Below are positions 59,420-64,000 of a stretch of DNA of 64,000 nt, piece after piece. The notes beneath the pieces are model-generated. The model ran no database searches. It was not told the origin of the DNA and saw only the letters and a list, made by a program, of their open reading frames with translations. This DNA is from Anthoceros angustus (lineage: Eukaryota; Plantae; Anthocerotophyta). The translations under genes and the position numbers were made by a program. Numbering within the stretch: the first letter of the stretch is position 1; each line of letters opens with the position of its first letter. The stretch spans positions 1-64,000 of the forward strand of contig MU008179.1 in the NCBI GenBank assembly GCA_010909165.1, read 5' to 3'.

Positions 59420-62400
59420 TCTCTTACAAGTAAATACTACCTCGGATTGCCCAGAGAGAGAGGGAGGGAGGGAGGTTAAGAGGAGGAGTGTTGGTGGGAG
59501 AGAGAGGGAGGGAGGTTAAGAGAGGGCTGCTGGTGGGAGAGAGGGAGGGAGGTTAAGAAGAGGCCTGCTGGTGGGAGAGAGCGCGGACACAACTTTGCGC
59601 GTGCGAGGGGAGGAGAGGAGAGGGGAGGGGAGGGGAGGGGAGCTGGACACAGGGGAGAGGAGGGGAGGGGAGCTGGAGCGCACAGAGGGCGCTGCTACCG
59701 CGCTACTGGATTCCGCTTGCAAGCGCCAGCCGACTGCAGGTAAAAGGTGTCTTCGTGTTTGCAAGGGTCCTGCTCGCTACCAGCTTGTTCTGCGCCTTTG
59801 AATATGGCTTGCTAGATATGCGTTCCACATTCCTCCTACAAATTTGCTAAGCTCTGGTGCCTGCGATCTTGCTGCTTGTGATGCGAGTTCCAAGGATGTC
59901 GTGCACGTGTGAGCATGCTGTGTAGCGTCTGTCTTAGCGGTGTTTGCGCAAGATCGATCTCGGTAGTTCGCGTGCTCATGATCTCGGCCTGTTTTTCAGG
60001 CCAGCTAAAAGCCATGGCACGACGACCACGCCGCACCCATCCCCCTGTGGCGCCCCCGTCATCCCCACAGCGCCCTGTGGCTAACGTCGCGGAGGTGCTG
60101 CCACTCGAAGAGGTAACGGCAAGAGTAATGAGTCTGATGATCCAGCAACAGGCGGAAGCACCGGTACCGGTACCGGTGCCGTCGCAGCCGCAGGTGGAGG
60201 CCGTGGCTTATGAGCCAACAGATGTTGATGAGGTCGCCGCATTTTGGAATACATGGGCTCGCAACGCGAGGCGAGCTAGGATGCGGCTTCAGGCCGGGGG
60301 GCGAACGACAATGCACCCCGACGGGATGGTCGAATACCAGATGTTTGATGACGTCCAGGCTGGCGCAGCCTGGAGTATTTTGAGAAGGTTGGGCCGGTCC
60401 CGCAACGATGCAGCAGAGGTAAGGCTACCTGGCTACCCTCCGAACTCCACCAGCGGTACCGGTGCCGCGGCTGGCCGCTCCTTCGACACCGCACTGATTT
60501 TTCCATTGCGTCTGTCGTTGTACAGGCTCCGGCTCGTCCCCGTCCTCGCGCTCGGGCTCCGGCTCGGGCTCCGGCTCGGGCTCCGGCTCCGGCCCCGAAC
60601 GCCCCGGCCACGGCTGCTCAGGGAGGCTCTGATGAGCCTAGCGGAGCACAGGAAAGCTCGTCTTCTTCTTCTGAGGGTACGTACTTAGCTTGTTTCCATG
60701 GCTGGGCCAACCATGAGCTTGCTTCCATTGCTAATTGGTATGGTTGCTGCGATACGTTTTCAAGAATATATGGTCGTGATGATATGCTTGGAAACTCTTT
60801 TCAAGGCGTTTAAGTGGATCCGGTGGCTGCTTATATTTGTGAGATCGCATGAATGGCTCCACTGACTGCGGGCTCCAACGGGTGCATTTTGGATTGCCTT
60901 AGCTCTAATCATGATCCCTGTGTCTCCCTTCCGCATGCAGGCCCGCGTTAGGCAGTAATCTGGAATGTGCAATTTCAGTTCCGGGCCCCCGAGCTGGAAC
61001 AACAAGCTAGCGGGTCGCGATTTTGCAAGGCTGTCTTTGTCTAAGGCATAACCTACAAGGGCTGGTGCGGATTGACACGCCCAACCACACTTCGTTGTTG
61101 TTGAGACGTTTGCGACAATAATAAAATGCACATCATCTTTGCGTATTTGCCTCCACAGTCGAGCTCCATCTACAAACCACTCTTCCAGGAACTCTCAACA
61201 CCAATAGGCACCCGGTAGCTAGGCAAACCGGCAACATGCCTTTGCAGGACCATTTGCAAACCGGCATGACTTGCATCGTCCATATTGCAAGACTGTCTTA
61301 ATCAAAGGCATGACTTATACCAGCAAATTAAAGCGCAGCCCTGCTCGACCCTCCAGTGCCCCTGACCTAGCCGCTGCAACCCGACAGATCATAGACAGGT
61401 ATCATTAAGCACCTGAGATCGGGGGACACACGGTCTGGTAAACCTAGCCTGTGTCGAAGTACATCTGAGAGGCACGGTGGGTCATGAGCACGTCAGCAGG
61501 AGGAACTCCGGACCTACGGAGGACCTACCGTGGCAAGTTGCGACTTGCTAGTGCTGGCCGCTGCTAAGTCCACCAGGCCACAGAGAGGGGCCTAGGGCGG
61601 GGCAGCCGACGGCAACGCAGCGCTTGTCCTGATGCAGCGTTTGCCCAGGGTCATGCATGCAACTCCAACTGCAAAGTACTGGCCTCCTGGCCCGCCTTCA
61701 AGCTCATCCTTTCCTCAAAACTCCACAATTGAGCGGTGGCCCAGCGCTAGAAAGTACGAGGTTAATGAATGCGGCTGTCCGTGCTGGCCCCCGCCACAGC
61801 CAGGCCTCTTAAAGTGGTGTACAGCACTCAGCAGCGCGGGGCTCTGTTCACAGCCGCTCGCCCTCATTTTAAAAGTTAAGCGGCTCTGAGATGCGACTGC
61901 TCCTGCCCCCGCTCAAGTGCGTGATTAATGGTATTCTCACGCGGGAGCCCGGACGCGGGCATCAACCTCTCTTTTCGCGCTGCGTCGGTTGATTCCTTCC
62001 CGACATCATCCGACAAGTGAAAACCTTGGTACCACATCCGGATGTGAACTCGCCTTGCCAGCAGCGATGTTCTCGCATGGCTGAACTCAGGTCGTGGCCT
62101 GAAATGGCTGGAATTCTGGACTTGAAGGAGTAGGAACGCACCTTTGGAAGGCTCTGTGTCCATGTGGGTATGCCAATTTGCTTGGGAGAGCCTGGAAAAG
62201 CCGCTCACCAGTTGCAGCTGCGCTCGCCTGTCCCGAGGCCGTAGCCTGTACAGGGCCGGACGCCGGAACGGGACGGACGGTGAGCCGAGCTGAGCTGAGC
62301 TGAGCTGAGCTGAGCTGAGCTGAGCTGGCTTGGTGTAGTAAACAAACCACGTCAGTGGCTGGCCGGGGATGAGCAGGAATCTTGTGCACATGCTGAGGGG

Positions 62401-62910
62401 AAGCCTACTGCGTTACGCTGAGGCGAAGCAACTGGTGCGTTACGGTCAGGGCTCGGAATATCCGTGGCATCAGTTGCCCGTTGCAGATGGCCCTACCTGC
62501 TGGCGCCTGTTCCCTAGCCCGTCCCAGCCCGTCCCAGCCCGTCCCAGCCCGTCCCAGCTCCTCCCAGCCCGTCCCGTCCCGTTACGCCCCTGCCACGTCT
62601 CTGGTCCCGGCCGTGGTCCCTTCCCCCTCTTGCCTGTCTCGCCGGTCTACTGCAAGGCAGTGTCGTTCTGGCAGGCGGACAATCATGCGGTAGGTTTAAG
62701 GGCCCCAGTGTCTCGGTCCGGACAGGCTGGGTCCCTCCTCGAACCGCGTCCACCCCACAGTGGGTCGCAGTACCGTAAAACTGCGTCATTGGATTCCCGC
62801 GGCCTGCTGCCCGCTGCCCGCTGCCCGAACGTTCTGCGCGCAGAAGTTGCTTCAACCGGGTGGGGTGGGGCGAGATATTTTCCCCGCATAGGGACGGGAC
62901 ATTCCGGGGC
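59420..62910 (+). repeat. Cassette copy D (orphan ORF and middle block; truncated before the AP2 gene)
   Basis: Collinear with 25900-29410. Similarity ends at ~62910. Confidence 0.88.
60014..60688 (+). CDS. Orphan protein copy D (~224 aa)
   Basis: MARRPRRTHPP..PLEEVTARVMSLMIQQQ resembles the copy A N-terminus ARRPRPSHPP..PMEEVAASALTMMAQRQ. Same acceptor and ATG context. The C-terminus may be frameshifted. Confidence 0.55.
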   Translation: MARRPRRTHPPVAPPSSPQRPVANVAEVLPLEEVTARVMSLMIQQQAEAPVPVPVPSQPQVEAVAYEPTDVDEVAAFWNTWARNARRARMRLQAGGRTTMHPDGMVEYQMFDDVQAGAAWSILRRLGRSRNDAAEVRLPGYPPNSTSGTGAAAGRSFDTALIFPLRLSLYRLRLVPVLALGLRLGLRLGLRLRPRTPRPRLLREALMSLAEHRKARLLLLRVRT

Positions 62911-64000
62911 TAATCCAAGAAAAAGGCCGTGGTGTAAAGCAGAGAACCGGTATACATACATACGTAATTGCCTTGATGCCCCTGTGTTTTTCTTCTAGGG
63001 TAGATATTTACTCAATGAGTAAATACCTTGTAACTGAATTCCCGTGCAATGAGTTGTGAATTAATGTACATAGATTTGAGCTTTTTATAGTAAGGATGTT
63101 TAAACACCTTTGATAAAAATGAGGTTTCAAAATTAATTTCAGTTGTAACGGCTTGATAATGACATGTGATAGAAGGACCTACTTAGCAGGTCCCAGACTT
63201 TATTGATTAGCGAGGATGGAATGGATGTGCACGTGTAATGGACCATTGATAACATCAAGGCATTTCCAAAGCCGTGCAAGCTTCTACTGACTCTTTTCCA
63301 GCCCCCGTTTTCACTGTTTTCGGAAGCCGTGCAAGCTTTCATGGATTCTCTTTCAACCCCGGATTCCACGAACTCTTTTTGTACTTTGTGTGCGTGTATG
63401 CAACATGTACCCGACAAACTTGACAATTATCAAGGTTGTATTGGGTGTGCAATATATATGTACCCCACAACTTGACAATTATCAAGGTTGTATTGGGTGT
63501 GCAATATGTACAGTACCCAACAACCTGACAATTACAAGGTTGTAGTGGGCAACTGCACACGACTTGCACTTTGCAAAAACAACCTCATCTTCCATCCCGA
63601 ATTTTACCGTCGGCTTAACATACTTACATACGTACATGAGCCAACCGTACGTTGGCCCATGTACGTATGTAAGTATGTACAGACAAAAAGAATGGACTTT
63701 TAAGTCCGTGCACTTCCCAGACAATTTGACCAAATTCGCTTGGCTTGCATCTAGGTTAACTTCAACCAGGTTGTTTGTGTTGTGTAAACACAAAAAGGGG
63801 TTTGTCGATGGTATTTCCGACAGCAATAAATTAACCTATCTAATAATACTTTCGTCAGCATGTGGCCCTAGCCAGAACATATCCGTAACTGCGACTTTTA
63901 GCGCTAGAAAAGTCTTCTTGCGCAAGTACGCCAAGCACGTACATAGCTAGGAAGGACATATGTTTCCGTAACTTGGACAATGACCGTCTCTAGAGTCAAC

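Overview
Eukaryotic nuclear DNA from a land plant. Short GT-AG introns, a PLS-type PPR fragment and an AP2 gene point to a seed-free lineage such as a hornwort or lycophyte (inference only). (1) About 3.5-14.4 kb is a Ty3/Gypsy LTR retrotransposon. Its pol polyprotein carries a C5 cytosine methyltransferase domain (DNMT3-like, motifs I-X) between protease and RT, and a PHD finger after the integrase. An extra unassigned ORF follows. The element is full of single-base indels that look like unpolished long-read errors. (2) About 16.8-24.1 kb holds an intact U2AF65 gene (17 coding exons) and a convergent TTC1-like TPR gene. Between them lie a BEACH-protein fragment and a duplicated U2AF65 3' end. 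(3) About 25.8-63 kb is a tandem array of four diverged copies of a cassette: a fast-evolving orphan ORF (+), a conserved probably antisense transcribed block, and a divergent double-AP2 transcription factor with three EAR motifs (+). Only the third AP2 copy is reconstructable. Gene fragments (U2AF65, TTC1, PPR), LTR remnants, a 5S-box Cassandra-like solo LTR and minisatellites are interspersed. All family assignments come from motif recognition by eye; no searches were run.
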